Assembly: GCA_041641305.1 (NCBI GenBank)
Contig: JBEPYN010000002.1
Location: 416,001-480,000 of the forward strand
DNA from: Nitrososphaerota archaeon
Lineage (GTDB): Archaea; Thermoproteota; Nitrososphaeria_A; Caldarchaeales; Caldarchaeaceae
Reading direction: 5' to 3'
Length of the DNA: 64,000 bases
Both the position numbers and the translations under genes were made by a program. The notes beneath the pieces were generated by a model. That model saw only the letters and a program-made list of their open reading frames with translations. It was not told the origin of the DNA and did no database searches. Shown one piece after another: positions 1 to 10,038 of this stretch. Every line of letters starts with the position of its first letter. The first letter of the stretch is position 1.

Positions 1-236
1 GAGACATAGTAGCGGTATGCTCTGGGAGCGTCGCCGCGGAGCTCGGCGTAGCCGGTAGAGTTAGTGACAGTGCTGAAGCTGTAGCCCACCGTCTCTATCA
101 CCACGCTGGCCCCGATAATGGGAAGGCCGTTTACACAATCTAACACGCGGATGTAGAACGTCTGCTGCTGCGCATACGCGAGAGGCAGAAGTGCGACAGA
201 TATGATGAAGGGTATGAGAAGCTGCAGCCGCCTCAT
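1..236 (-). CDS. secreted/surface protein, N-terminal part only (runs off window)
   Basis: My translation from ATG 236: MRRLQLLIPFIISVALLPLAYAQQQTFYIRVLDCVNGLPIIGASVVIE...TNSTGYA. Signal peptide followed by a carboxypeptidase-regulatory/Ig-like pattern. Confidence 0.6.
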   Translation of the reverse strand, partial: MRRLQLLIPFIISVALLPLAYAQQQTFYIRVLDCVNGLPIIGASVVIETVGYSFSTVTNSTGYAELRGDAPRAYRYYV

Positions 237-290
237 CGGCGGCGTCTATGAGCCAAAGATGGATAAAAGAAGATAATGACCCGGGGCATT

Positions 291-1640
291 TTAGCCCGGG
301 ATATGTATGTAGGGAACAGGCGCGGCTACGCCTACTCCTTCCTCTTGGTCATAATACACTCCGCCCACAAACGTCAACGGCTTCGGCTTAGTCAAGAGGT
401 AGATGTCAAAAGACTCCACACCAAGGGTTACGCTATCCTTCAACAGGTTGACTAGCAGGCCGTAGTCCATCAGCTCATTAACCGCCGGCCTCATTACGAA
501 CGAGTCGAAGCCATAGGCCTCCGCAAGCCAGAGAAGCGGCGCCAGTTCCGCGGGAGCAGGTTTTTCCTCAACGAGGACGTCTGCTCCCTGAGGAGTCTTC
601 ATGTAGAGGAAAAGGCCCTCGCCATGTTTTGAGATAAAGTCCTCCAGTATCCAGAAGGAGTTGCCCATAATCCTTGCCAATTCCCCTCTCACATGCTCGT
701 TCAGGGGTAGCTCGTATAAGAACGAGCCCGAGTCATCTCGGTAGACTACACGTGCCAGAGACCTTAGAAACTCGGCCGCAGCCCTCACCCCCTCCGGCTC
801 CATCTTTAGGAAGTCGGGGTAAAAATGTGGCGTTCTCTCCTGCGGCCGGCGCGCCGCCGTAAGCCTACCATATCCCGGGTCATAGGGCGTGAGTTCGCCG
901 AGTAGCTTACCTGGCTGCATAGGAACCAGCGAGTCGTTAAGAGCTGCTATGACCAGCCGTGTTCCGATTGGCAGGTATGGGCAGAGCATCTGAATCGGAA
1001 ACCCTGTCATCGTATAAATCGACGCGGCGTAGCCGTTGACGCGTGCGGCCAGCTCAAGATATTGCTCAGGCTCCAGACACGTGAGGTACCCCACCCTATC
1101 CATGTATGGGTACTCCTCGCTCTCAAGCAGCTCGTCGAGGCGGCTGTCCCTGAAAGTGGAGAGGCCGCTGGTCAGCTTCTCCTCCACCTCGGCATCCGCC
1201 AGCCTCACAAAGAACTTTACAGCCTCAAAATGGGTCTCGAGAGGCAGCTCAACATAGTGCTGCCCCTTATAGACGTAAACAAGAGGAGTGTAACAATGCC
1301 ACGAGCCTCGTTTTGTGTAGAGATGGACACCGGCCTCGGCAAATGCTTGAAAAAGCTTGTAGATATCCGACCCGCGTACCGGCAGCCAGCCTTTTCCAAA
1401 AACCACATCCTCCCCCGGCCCAATGAGGAGGAGCTCTGCCAGCCCCTTAGTCTCAAGCATTCCCAACAGCTTTACGAGCCTCTCCAGCGTCACCAGCTCC
1501 TCATGAAGCTGCGTATGAGAGACACGGCCGGAAGAGGCCAGCGTCCTCAGAGTTCTCAAACGCTCCGAATAAACACGGTTAAGAGACTCCACATTAGCTT
1601 CCCGAGGCATAGCAACACATGTGAACCCACAGCCACGCAA
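291..1640 (-). CDS. hypothetical protein, paralog of 10039..11286
   Basis: 449-aa ORF sharing the block YLxLAxxVNGYAASxYxxTGxPIQMLxP and LG(E/Y)(L/I)TPYD with 10039..11286. Confidence 0.75.
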   Translation of the reverse strand: MRGCGFTCVAMPREANVESLNRVYSERLRTLRTLASSGRVSHTQLHEELVTLERLVKLLGMLETKGLAELLLIGPGEDVVFGKGWLPVRGSDIYKLFQAFAEAGVHLYTKRGSWHCYTPLVYVYKGQHYVELPLETHFEAVKFFVRLADAEVEEKLTSGLSTFRDSRLDELLESEEYPYMDRVGYLTCLEPEQYLELAARVNGYAASIYTMTGFPIQMLCPYLPIGTRLVIAALNDSLVPMQPGKLLGELTPYDPGYGRLTAARRPQERTPHFYPDFLKMEPEGVRAAAEFLRSLARVVYRDDSGSFLYELPLNEHVRGELARIMGNSFWILEDFISKHGEGLFLYMKTPQGADVLVEEKPAPAELAPLLWLAEAYGFDSFVMRPAVNELMDYGLLVNLLKDSVTLGVESFDIYLLTKPKPLTFVGGVYYDQEEGVGVAAPVPYIHIPG

Positions 1641-1660
1641 TTAATGTTTATCCCTTCGGG

Positions 1661-1678
1661 GCGTCAACCTGTTGACGC
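1661..1678. promoter_or_regulatory. palindrome GCGTCAAC-CT-GTTGACGC, a copy of the dispersed GTCAAC-N2-GTTGAC motif
   Basis: Perfect inverted repeat directly upstream of 291..1640; same core as the copies at 13127, 13187, 13246, 16731 and 19435. Confidence 0.55.
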
Positions 1679-1931
1679 TATAAATAGCCATGGTAGATGG
1701 GCTGTTACTGAGCCATGTTTTAGCATATTTTCGGGATGGGTCAAGGAAGCGCCACCGTCATATTGAAGAACCTCTCCCCCTCCAGCTAAGACCCATGAAA
1801 TATATGCAAAGCCATCACAGCAACAATGAAAACCAGGAGACGGGTCATCAAGGTTGAACAGCGTCTTCAGGCATAAAAACAGATGAGGCCTACTCTATAC
1901 CTGTCTATGGTTTAAACCAATCGGAGCAGCC

Positions 1932-2204
1932 CTATAAACTGTTATCCACATGCCTACGAGAGCTGCGGGCCTTGAAGAAATACTGGAGGCAAGGGATAAG
2001 GCCGGCTTGGAGACGCGGCTCATGATGCCAGAACGAGACGATGTCGCTGTATATGCTACCCTCGACCGTTGGATGATGGATGTAGAAGCTAATCAGCCAG
2101 CTAGCGAAAGCCATAGCCAATACAAGCAAGTCATCTAAGCGCCTCACCACGAATTCAAACAACCCCTCTTGCCCATTTAAGAGAAAAATACGACAAACTG
2201 GCAT
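1932..2204 (-). pseudogene. probable fragment of a membrane (GT-C-like) glycosyltransferase
   Basis: Hydrophobic segment followed by YSDIVSFW...GLIPCLQYFF, a pattern like GT-C N-termini; the frame breaks down afterwards. Confidence 0.3.
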
Positions 2205-2213
2205 TGTTTTGTC

Positions 2214-2435
2214 ATGGTTTTGAGGGCGCTGGCAAAGGTCTTCGGCGGGCTATTCCTAATATTGGGTCTGGCTCTGGCTGGATACAATGTTTACTGGCTA
2301 GTCTCTAGAATGCCGGAGCCGGGCGGCGGGTTTCTGAGTGGCTTGGGAGCCGGGTTCGCGGTCTTCTTCATAGCCATAGGAACAGTCTTCGCCGCTATCA
2401 GTGTAGTGCTGATACGTCTTGGAATGAAGAGGTAA
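2214..2435 (+). CDS. small membrane protein (2 TM)
   Basis: 73 aa with two hydrophobic helices. Confidence 0.6.
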   Translation: MVLRALAKVFGGLFLILGLALAGYNVYWLVSRMPEPGGGFLSGLGAGFAVFFIAIGTVFAAISVVLIRLGMKR

Positions 2436-2437
2436 CG

Positions 2438-2728
2438 TTACGCCTGTTTACTGAGGATGCACCAGCATATTCTTCTGATTTTTCTAGTTTGAGGCGTGTT
2501 GGCCGTTTTTGTGTCAGACTTTGGCGTCAATAACTTCTCGGCTTCTTCCAGCAATTTTCCATGTTCAAGCGCCTCCTTTAGCTGATGGACTATGGTCTTA
2601 TTGTTTGCCATTTTTCTAAACTGTGCAGCTAACTCTATCCCTCTTTCTCCAGACTTCTCCAACGCGTCGTAGATTTCTTTTACGGTTTTGTTGGTCGAAA
2701 TCGGTATCCCCTCGATGGTTATATCCAC
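2438..2728 (-). CDS. hypothetical protein (possible fragment)
   Basis: 96-aa ORF with protein-like composition and no recognisable motif. Confidence 0.4.
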   Translation of the reverse strand: MDITIEGIPISTNKTVKEIYDALEKSGERGIELAAQFRKMANNKTIVHQLKEALEHGKLLEEAEKLLTPKSDTKTANTPQTRKIRRICWCILSKQA

Positions 2729-2787
2729 AGCATGATTCTACTCTAACTCTGCCTGAAGCTTACCCCCTACTAGCCTCTACGATCGTG

Positions 2788-3036
2788 CTATCTACGGGCA
2801 ACCCTGTCCATGCTGAGCCTACCCATGGAGTATCCGATGTTTATCAACGACTCAAGTATTCTAGGCCATGTTCCATCAACCATCCGCCTCTTAAGCCTCC
2901 TAAAGGCTGTAGAGTAATGACCGTAACGTACAGACATATCCATCCAGCAGCAGCCTGTAACTGGGACGTATAGTATACCGTTCAAAACCATCCTATCATC
3001 GGCCCTAGGAGGCAGTAGAGGCATACTAAGCCCCAC
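2788..3036 (-). mobile_element. IS5-family transposase remnant (N-terminal DUF4096-like part)
   Basis: PPRADDRMVLNGILYV..TGCCW.DM...YGHYSTAFRR..R....GTW.RI matches the typical IS5/IS427-group N-terminus; truncated before the DDE core. Confidence 0.75.
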
Positions 3037-3087
3037 TCAGCATCGCGAAGCCTTTAAATAGTTTTGCGACGAGTTCACTGTTAGTGA

Positions 3088-3360
3088 ATGGGGTTGGTTA
3101 AGAGACATGAAGAGCAGACAGCCCAGATAATTAAATTACTCGGAAACGATACTAGGCAACCTGGCAAGAATTTAGCTAATAAATTAGGAGTGAATAGAAC
3201 CTTCCTAGCTAGCTATCTTAAAGCTCTAGAAAGCCAAGGTTATGTTAAATCGAAGAAAATAGGACTAGCTAATGTTTGCTTCAAAGGAGATGTAAGGAGG
3301 TGGTTAAATGGTTCAACTAATACCAAAAGAATTCCCTTCAGCGGAAAAACTGAGACTTGA
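3088..3360 (+). CDS. winged-HTH regulator, possible controller of the RM operon
   Basis: KNLANKLGVNRTFLASYLKALESQGYVKSKKIG is a wHTH pattern; lies immediately upstream of the methyltransferase. Confidence 0.7.
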   Translation: MGLVKRHEEQTAQIIKLLGNDTRQPGKNLANKLGVNRTFLASYLKALESQGYVKSKKIGLANVCFKGDVRRWLNGSTNTKRIPFSGKTET

Positions 3361-5626
3361 GTTTGGCCAAAAAAGTCAAATATATTCTGAAACTATTCAT
3401 AAGCTTAGATCACTCTGGGAAAAAGTAAAAAATAAAGAGAGTGTAGGGTTAAAATTTGGTCACTGGAAAAATTCTTTCAAACTATACGAGCCTGAACCTG
3501 AGTTATTTATCATTCATACATATCTTGCTTCATTGGTTAAATTAATAATCTACTCCAAATTGGAATCCCAAGTTGAAATCGATAAGGAGAGAATTAGAGA
3601 AGTTTTAGACGGGAATTATTTTATTTCATATGGTATATCTAATTTTGTAGAGGATGACTTTTTCACATGGGTCCTTCATGACGAAATAATTGATGCCAGC
3701 CTAGAATTGTTCCTTAAAATGGCAAAAAAACTATCAACTTATGATTTATCTCAAATAGATGAAGATTTTTTTAAAGAAATATATGAAGATATAATTTTGC
3801 GTGATGAGAGACACAAAGCAGGAGAATACTACACGCCAGAGTGGCTTTCTCAACTTATATTATTAGAAGTGCTAAAACTTTGGAACGAAAAACATCTGAA
3901 AATTCCAAAGATATTAGATCCAGCATGTGGTTCTGGTACATTTCTTTGCAATGCTATTCATCTTCTTCTAGAAAAAACCAAATTCCATTTAACATCCGAC
4001 AAACTTCTAGAGGTAATCTTAAATAACGTTGTTGGCGTAGACATAAATCCAGTCGCGACCTTATTGGCTAAAGCAAACTATGTAATAGCTCTAGGCGATC
4101 TCGTAAAAAGAGGCACTCCAATTACTCTTCCCATACACACAGGTGATGCTTTGAAATCGTTAAAAAACATGTTGGGAGAGTTCGACATACTTATCGGTAA
4201 TCCTCCCTGGCTAGTTATGAGATCCGTAAAGAACCGAGAGTATCAAGATTTTTTGAAAAATGAGATATTATATTATAAACTTCTAAGAAAGGACGATATT
4301 TATCTTTTTACCCAGATAGAAATGGCTACTTTATTCTTCTGCAAATGTGCTGATCTCTATTTGAAACCCAATGGGATAATAGGCTTTGTAATGCCCAAAA
4401 GCGTCTTAGCCGGAACAATCCAGCACATTAACTTCAGACGTTTTGAAACGCCACAATTGAATTTAGTAAAAATATTAGATTTGGAAAATGTAAGCCCTTT
4501 GTTTAATATGCCTTCATGCGTTCTAATAGCTATAAAAAGTGAGAACACGAAATATCCAGTTTTGACCGATATGTACGTAGGTGAACTTCTAAAGAGAAAC
4601 GCTAAGTTGAATGAGGTCAAAAATTTGTTTTCTGTCAAACGATATGATTACTCACCACCAGAATTCCCTACTAAGCCAAGCTACTACTTTGAGAAGTTTA
4701 AAGTTGGTGCTAGCATCTTTCCACGAACCCTTTATTTTGTCGATATCTCTACACAGATTGATAATACTTTTTTAGCTGTGAAGACTTCCGAGGAGATATT
4801 TCGTTTGGTTAAATACCCATATAAAGTCGAACTTAAGGGAAAGGTGGAATCTAAGTTTGTATACGCTACCGTGCTGGCTTGGGAAATTATTCCATTTGGT
4901 TACGTTAAGATGAGGCCTGTAATTCTCCCCATTCAACCAAATTCTAATAGTTTTAAGTTATATGACATTGATGCTCTAGAAGGATTTCTGGGCATCACGG
5001 AATGGTTTAAAAAAGCCCAAAAAATTTGGGAGGAAAAAAGGACGGAAAAATCTAAAAAACGATTTCCCAGGCTGATAGACAGATTAAACTATAATGAATT
5101 ACTAACATCTCAGAATCCGAGCAAAAGATATATAGTGTTATACAACGCCACAGGAACCAACGTTGTCTCATGTGTAGTTGATAGGTTATCTTTACCTAAC
5201 TTCGAAATATCGAATGGTGAGATAAAGCCAAGAAATTTTGTTGTTGATGTAAAAACATGGTTTTATGAAACAAGTGAAAAAATGGAGGCGTATTACCTTT
5301 GCGCAATCCTTAATTCAGAAATAATCAACATTCTTATTAAACCTTTGCAACCAAGAGGGCTCTTTGGTGCCAGAGCTATTCACAGAAGACCATTGTTCTT
5401 TCAAATACCAAAATTTGATAAAAATGAAAAGTTGCACATAGAACTTGCTAAAATTGGTGAGCTATGCGATAGAAAAATTAAGCAAAATAAACTGATTAAG
5501 AAAAATAATATGAGAAGCTATTTGAGGAATTACCTCGAAAAAGAAATGGTAAGAATAAATAAGTTGGTCTCGATACTTTTAGGTTTGGAAGTACCCAATG
5601 ATGATTTAAAATGTCAGCAAATATGA
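3308..5626 (+). CDS. N6-adenine DNA methyltransferase with target-recognition domain (RM system)
   Basis: GEYYTP, motif I ILDPACGSGTFL and motif IV IGNPPW; visibly AT-rich DNA. Confidence 0.9.
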   Translation: MVQLIPKEFPSAEKLRLEFGQKSQIYSETIHKLRSLWEKVKNKESVGLKFGHWKNSFKLYEPEPELFIIHTYLASLVKLIIYSKLESQVEIDKERIREVLDGNYFISYGISNFVEDDFFTWVLHDEIIDASLELFLKMAKKLSTYDLSQIDEDFFKEIYEDIILRDERHKAGEYYTPEWLSQLILLEVLKLWNEKHLKIPKILDPACGSGTFLCNAIHLLLEKTKFHLTSDKLLEVILNNVVGVDINPVATLLAKANYVIALGDLVKRGTPITLPIHTGDALKSLKNMLGEFDILIGNPPWLVMRSVKNREYQDFLKNEILYYKLLRKDDIYLFTQIEMATLFFCKCADLYLKPNGIIGFVMPKSVLAGTIQHINFRRFETPQLNLVKILDLENVSPLFNMPSCVLIAIKSENTKYPVLTDMYVGELLKRNAKLNEVKNLFSVKRYDYSPPEFPTKPSYYFEKFKVGASIFPRTLYFVDISTQIDNTFLAVKTSEEIFRLVKYPYKVELKGKVESKFVYATVLAWEIIPFGYVKMRPVILPIQPNSNSFKLYDIDALEGFLGITEWFKKAQKIWEEKRTEKSKKRFPRLIDRLNYNELLTSQNPSKRYIVLYNATGTNVVSCVVDRLSLPNFEISNGEIKPRNFVVDVKTWFYETSEKMEAYYLCAILNSEIINILIKPLQPRGLFGARAIHRRPLFFQIPKFDKNEKLHIELAKIGELCDRKIKQNKLIKKNNMRSYLRNYLEKEMVRINKLVSILLGLEVPNDDLKCQQI

Positions 5627-6363
5627 AATTGTTGGTTAAAACTCTTCAGAAAATGAAAATGGAGTACGAAAATGCTATTAGAAGTGGAAATTATACAGGA
5701 TTGATAAGATCCAAGAAACTTATCGAAATGTTACATAATTACGCAATTGAAGAGTTAAAAAGGAAGTTTACTCCCGAATGGATACACGTCGATAAACCAT
5801 TATATGGATATCCTAAAATTAAGACTCAAGACATCTTAGTACAGGCTCCACAGAATAGCAGAAAGGCATTATCTGTCGGTCCTCTTATTACTGTTAATGT
5901 TAGAAGTCAATTAAGTTCCATCGAAAAGAACTATGACACGCTTTTTGAGAGGCTTTTGGCTGAAGCTCTAAATTTGCATAACAGATTTCCTTATCTAGTT
6001 TTGGGGTATATCTATCTACTTCCCAAAACTGGATATGACGAAGCAGCTGCTAAAGAGGGTAAAGTAAAAATTGCAGAACGATACAATATGGAAAAATACA
6101 TTCTAAGTTTTTTATCTATTGCAAACAGACTAAGTCCTTATGATATTCCATGGAAATATGAAAAGATATGTCTCCTGATCGTCGATTTTGAGCGGGATCC
6201 TCCGCAAGTGATGGATGATATGCAAATTTTTGTGAAGGAGGGGTTAGTCAAAGAGAATTTTGCAAAAATCTTCAGTTTTGAGAGTCTTAGTGTTCGGAAT
6301 TTCTTTGATGATTTATATAAAATTATGTTAGAAAGATACTATCTACTGGGATTTGAGGAATGA
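5611..6363 (+). CDS. putative type II restriction endonuclease
   Basis: Overlaps the end of the MTase in the same AT-rich block; QDILV...NVRSQLSS is compatible with a PD-(D/E)xK-like core. Family not assigned. Confidence 0.6.
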   Translation: MSANMKLLVKTLQKMKMEYENAIRSGNYTGLIRSKKLIEMLHNYAIEELKRKFTPEWIHVDKPLYGYPKIKTQDILVQAPQNSRKALSVGPLITVNVRSQLSSIEKNYDTLFERLLAEALNLHNRFPYLVLGYIYLLPKTGYDEAAAKEGKVKIAERYNMEKYILSFLSIANRLSPYDIPWKYEKICLLIVDFERDPPQVMDDMQIFVKEGLVKENFAKIFSFESLSVRNFFDDLYKIMLERYYLLGFEE

Positions 6364-6737
6364 TAATTAGGTGTTCTCATAAAATTCGCATATTTCATTA
6401 CCCTCGCGCAGAAGCTTCTACTAGGCAACCTATCAAAAACAAGAGCCGCCACCTCAACAAAATCATCCTTATACAGCAAGTAAGCCTCTCTAGCACTATC
6501 AGACGGCAGAACCCTGGTCCTGACCAGCGTATCTAAATCAAGTCTCTCTACACTAACTGGATACCTTCTCTCAGAAAAACACTGCTGCCAAAAACTCAGC
6601 CCAAACTTCACAAAAAACAAGACAAAAAACAAGTAAATAAGCTGTTTAGGCCAACGGTCCCAGACCTGATTTATGATGATGGATGACACGTAGAGGCCTA
6701 TAGCACCACTTTGTAGAAGCAAGTTCCGCCCCGACAT
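6339..6737 (-). CDS. hypothetical membrane protein
   Basis: 132 aa with two N-terminal hydrophobic segments. Confidence 0.5.
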   Translation of the reverse strand: MSGRNLLLQSGAIGLYVSSIIINQVWDRWPKQLIYLFFVLFFVKFGLSFWQQCFSERRYPVSVERLDLDTLVRTRVLPSDSAREAYLLYKDDFVEVAALVFDRLPSRSFCARVMKYANFMRTPNYHSSNPSR

Positions 6738-6769
6738 ATTGGAGGCGGGCTCTATTGTCTATGAGGAGT

Positions 6770-7714
6770 TTATCTTCGGATAGGCGGCTGTCTCGGAGGC
6801 CGCCACACATCACCGGCACGGTCAGCCTCAACCACCCTATACCTCTCATCCACCCCCATAATCCATGCGAGGTGGTTGCCCAGCTTCAGCGGCAGAGTGT
6901 GAGGCGTCTGATGCAGCCACACCATACCGTTCACCTTCATTATGCCTAGAAGGCATGTTGACATTATGCGGAAGTAGGGGCTGTTGTCTACACTGCTGGC
7001 TAACCTGATTTTCACTGCTATTAGGTAGATTAGCTTGTTCTCATCCCCTCGGTCGGCCTTATCCAGTATCTGTACCCAGGCTCTCCTTATACGAAGCATC
7101 TTCTCCAGCTCCCTCGGAGGCCGGTAAAATATGAGCGTCCTCTTGGAGCTGTCGTACTCCAGCGAGTAAAACTGTCGAAACAGGGTCGTGTATTCGGTCT
7201 TAAGCCTAATCCCATAAAGTTTCAGCTCATTTGCAAACATTTCCCTGCTGAGTAAGAGAGGGTCGTTAGATTCTCTACCTATTCTCTCGATAAAGTTTTC
7301 ACGTAGAAGAAAAAGCAATTCGTCTTCAGTCACGGGAATAAACCTAAACTGCTTGCCACAGCAATCACAATGCACAATCCTGTAACATGTAAAGCCCACA
7401 ACATGCCCATCCTCCATAAGCAGCTTGTAGGGCCTAACTCTATAGAACGAGTGGAGGCCGACTGGATAAAGCCGCGTCTTCATCCATCTTCTCAAACTCT
7501 GTGTAGATAGTTCACCTGCAAGCCCACTAAACACAGCTATGACAGATATCAATATTATCGCCAAGGGTAAAGGAAGAACAGGAAGCAACATAGTCAAAGG
7601 TACAGGAAAAAGGACGTATATGAGAAAACCAACTGTGATAGAGGCTGCGAGCCATACATAAAACGGCGCCAGCATAACATACCATGGACGATGAGTGAGC
7701 TTGACTATGCTCAA
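6770..7714 (-). CDS. membrane protein with CxxC motif and possible DUF6745-like C-terminus
   Basis: Two N-terminal TM helices, CDCCG, and a C-terminal ...LAWIMG block; coupled to 7711..8112. Confidence 0.55.
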   Translation of the reverse strand: MSIVKLTHRPWYVMLAPFYVWLAASITVGFLIYVLFPVPLTMLLPVLPLPLAIILISVIAVFSGLAGELSTQSLRRWMKTRLYPVGLHSFYRVRPYKLLMEDGHVVGFTCYRIVHCDCCGKQFRFIPVTEDELLFLLRENFIERIGRESNDPLLLSREMFANELKLYGIRLKTEYTTLFRQFYSLEYDSSKRTLIFYRPPRELEKMLRIRRAWVQILDKADRGDENKLIYLIAVKIRLASSVDNSPYFRIMSTCLLGIMKVNGMVWLHQTPHTLPLKLGNHLAWIMGVDERYRVVEADRAGDVWRPPRQPPIRR

Positions 7715-8112
7715 TCAGAGACAGGCCTCCCGAGGTACCTGTCCAGGTTCATTATGAAATCCTCCCTATCAAACTCCCTAACACGCGACAATACATAGGC
7801 GCCGGGTGGAATGGTGAGAGGCAGGTGCTCAGGATGCTCCAAAACAGACTCCTCTTTCACCAAGACATAGACCTGCCCGTAGGCGGAGTATGCCTCATAT
7901 CTTCCGACCAGCCTGTGAACATTACCTGTCTCGCCCTTTACAGCCACCTCTTCAAGCCTTTCACCATTCCTTGGAACATGGAACGGGTGGATACGTCTCA
8001 AAAGAACATCGCCCTGCCGATAAACCAGCATACATCCGCAGACGACGCCACGCATATAAACAGATAAGGGCAGACGCATCATGTATGATTGGGTTACAGG
8101 TTTGAGGGACAT
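7711..8112 (-). CDS. small MGE/phage-associated protein of the RQGDV...GE(T/A)G..H...HPEH...GxY...REF type
   Basis: YRQGDVLL, GETGNVHRL and LEHPEHLPLTIPPGAY...VREFD. Confidence 0.65.
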   Translation of the reverse strand: MSLKPVTQSYMMRLPLSVYMRGVVCGCMLVYRQGDVLLRRIHPFHVPRNGERLEEVAVKGETGNVHRLVGRYEAYSAYGQVYVLVKEESVLEHPEHLPLTIPPGAYVLSRVREFDREDFIMNLDRYLGRPVSD

Positions 8113-8194
8113 AACAATAAACCATTCTACAGCCGGCTAAAATCACTCACTTAAATTAATCAAATGCTTATATATCTACTGAAGGCTTGTAAGA

Positions 8195-8767
8195 TTGTTG
8201 AAGTTAAGCCTGATGAAGACTATTTTTCTATCTATCACATTAGTATTGATTGTTTTCGTCATTGTTTGGGTCACTCAATATAGTTATGAGTCGGTTGAAG
8301 TTAGAACATTTTCGGAGCCAATAACTATAACACAAACGACCTTCATTAGGACAAGCTTCATTAAAGAAGGACATGGCTCTGTGTCTGGAAGGGACCTGAG
8401 CGAAGTAGCCGAGGCGGTTCATTTAGGTCCTATCAAAGCAGGAAGTGAGGTTTCCGTTAAAGTTATGGCGTCGAATCCTGTATTGGTGCTCGTTACAGAT
8501 ACGGGTAGCGCCATCTTTATCGACCTTTTGGGGATATATAGTAAGGAAGATATCCTAGCAAGTGGATTGGGAACAGATGTGGATGTAAAATTGTTAATTA
8601 CTGAGGATGGGAATTACTCCGTTGTAATTGGAAAAACTGCAGGCAATTTAGGGGCCAGTTTTGTGGTGCAAGCCACGATTGTGGGGCTGCGCGAAACCAC
8701 TATAACTACAACCACAGAAACTATGATAACCACAACTATAACCACTACAAAGAAACTTTTCTCATAG
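8195..8767 (+). CDS. membrane-anchored Thr-rich protein
   Basis: N-terminal TM helix and Thr-rich tail. Confidence 0.65.
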   Translation: MLKLSLMKTIFLSITLVLIVFVIVWVTQYSYESVEVRTFSEPITITQTTFIRTSFIKEGHGSVSGRDLSEVAEAVHLGPIKAGSEVSVKVMASNPVLVLVTDTGSAIFIDLLGIYSKEDILASGLGTDVDVKLLITEDGNYSVVIGKTAGNLGASFVVQATIVGLRETTITTTTETMITTTITTTKKLFS

Positions 8768-8840
8768 TAGACCAACGTTTCAACCCTCTAAAAGAAGGAA
8801 GGCAAAGTCGTCAGAAAAATATGATGGATAGAGCTTCTAT

Positions 8841-9476
8841 TTAGGTGACCTTCTCCACGGTGAGTTCCCAGTTGCAGTTGGCAGAGTTTACCTGTATATA
8901 CCAGTTACCACGGGGAATAGCCGCCACGTAGAACTCGAATGTCCCCTGCTCCTCGTAAACCGAGCCCCTCTTATAGAAGACATCTTCGCCCACTTCGTAT
9001 AGGTACCATAATAAGGCGACGTATTGTAGGTCGGCCCTAGCCCTTATAGTGATTTTTATCTTCAGGTCTGATGTCGCTTCGAGAGTAAAAGGCGGCGTAT
9101 CCTTGGAGCCGCTGCCCCTATCTCTAACCAACACAGTTCCAGAAACAGCAGGATAAACTGTTGACACCACTGTCGTGGTCGAAGTCGTGGTTAATGTGGC
9201 TGTGGTTTTGACGGTGGAGACGCTGGTGGTGGTTGAGGTCAACGTGGTCCGCATAGTGACAAAAAATGTGGTGGACCGCTGGAGCGTCTGGTACGAGGTC
9301 ACCGTTACAGGTAGAGTTGTTGTCAGGAGTTTGGTCTCTGTGCTTTTGCTTGTAACCGTATTAGTCTGGACTATAGTGCTGGTGGAGGTTACGGGAAACA
9401 GAGTCGAGCCGCTGAAGAAACCCGCCAACAATCCTATAACAAGTAATACGATAGGTAAAACCCTCACAGAGCTCAT
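8841..9476 (-). CDS. membrane-anchored Thr-rich surface protein with C-terminal beta domain
   Basis: Signal/TM helix, Thr/Ser-rich stalk and beta-rich C-terminus. Confidence 0.7.
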   Translation of the reverse strand: MSSVRVLPIVLLVIGLLAGFFSGSTLFPVTSTSTIVQTNTVTSKSTETKLLTTTLPVTVTSYQTLQRSTTFFVTMRTTLTSTTTSVSTVKTTATLTTTSTTTVVSTVYPAVSGTVLVRDRGSGSKDTPPFTLEATSDLKIKITIRARADLQYVALLWYLYEVGEDVFYKRGSVYEEQGTFEFYVAAIPRGNWYIQVNSANCNWELTVEKVT

Positions 9477-9684
9477 GATGTATAAGGAATTTTCTAAGAG
9501 TTAAGCTTTTCAAAAGGTAAATGTCCTCTCATCTCCTAACCGCAGCAGAGACACGTCGGAAGCTGTCGCTAAAGTATGAAAGTTATGAATTCCGTTATCG
9601 AGGTAGCTTATGAGTTATCGTGAATCTCTGGCTCTCCCATTCTGGCCTAAACAACTTTTATTCATCGGCTATTAGTTAAACTCC

Positions 9685-10038
9685 GTGAGCAGGAAGAGAA
9701 GTGTCCTCAAGGTGTTGCCTTCTCTGCCTCCGTCTGCGTTCTCAAGCCTTTTCCCAAACTTCTGTATACAGGTCTCGTCTTCTTCTCTCGAGGAGCTTTC
9801 GACCGACGCAAGGAAGTATGATGACGTCGTTGTCTATGTCCGGCATCCGCCGACGGTTAAACTGTTGGAGAAATGGTTGCCAAGGTTCATGGTCGGGGAT
9901 TCCGCGGAGGTTGGTGGAGAAAGGTTCTATGTTGTTTCTGCTCCGCAGAGGCCTCCGGTCTCGGGACAAGACGTTCCAGTAGACGAGAAAAATGTACTAG
10001 TTCTGAAATGCGTGGCCGCGAAAGGTATCTGGCTTTGA
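9685..10038 (+). CDS. DUF1874 (STIV B116/AcrIII-1)-like protein
   Basis: 117 aa. YVRHPPTVKLL resembles the family IGHxxTxxLL motif and QRPPVSGQDV resembles the R-x-x-x-G motif. Has its own TATA-like CTTTTATT upstream. Confidence 0.5.
   Translation: MSRKRSVLKVLPSLPPSAFSSLFPNFCIQVSSSSLEELSTDARKYDDVVVYVRHPPTVKLLEKWLPRFMVGDSAEVGGERFYVVSAPQRPPVSGQDVPVDEKNVLVLKCVAAKGIWL

Noticed and set aside
8695-9400. ACC/ACT/GTG-rich low-complexity repeats
   Set aside because: Explained by the Thr-rich stalks of two surface proteins.
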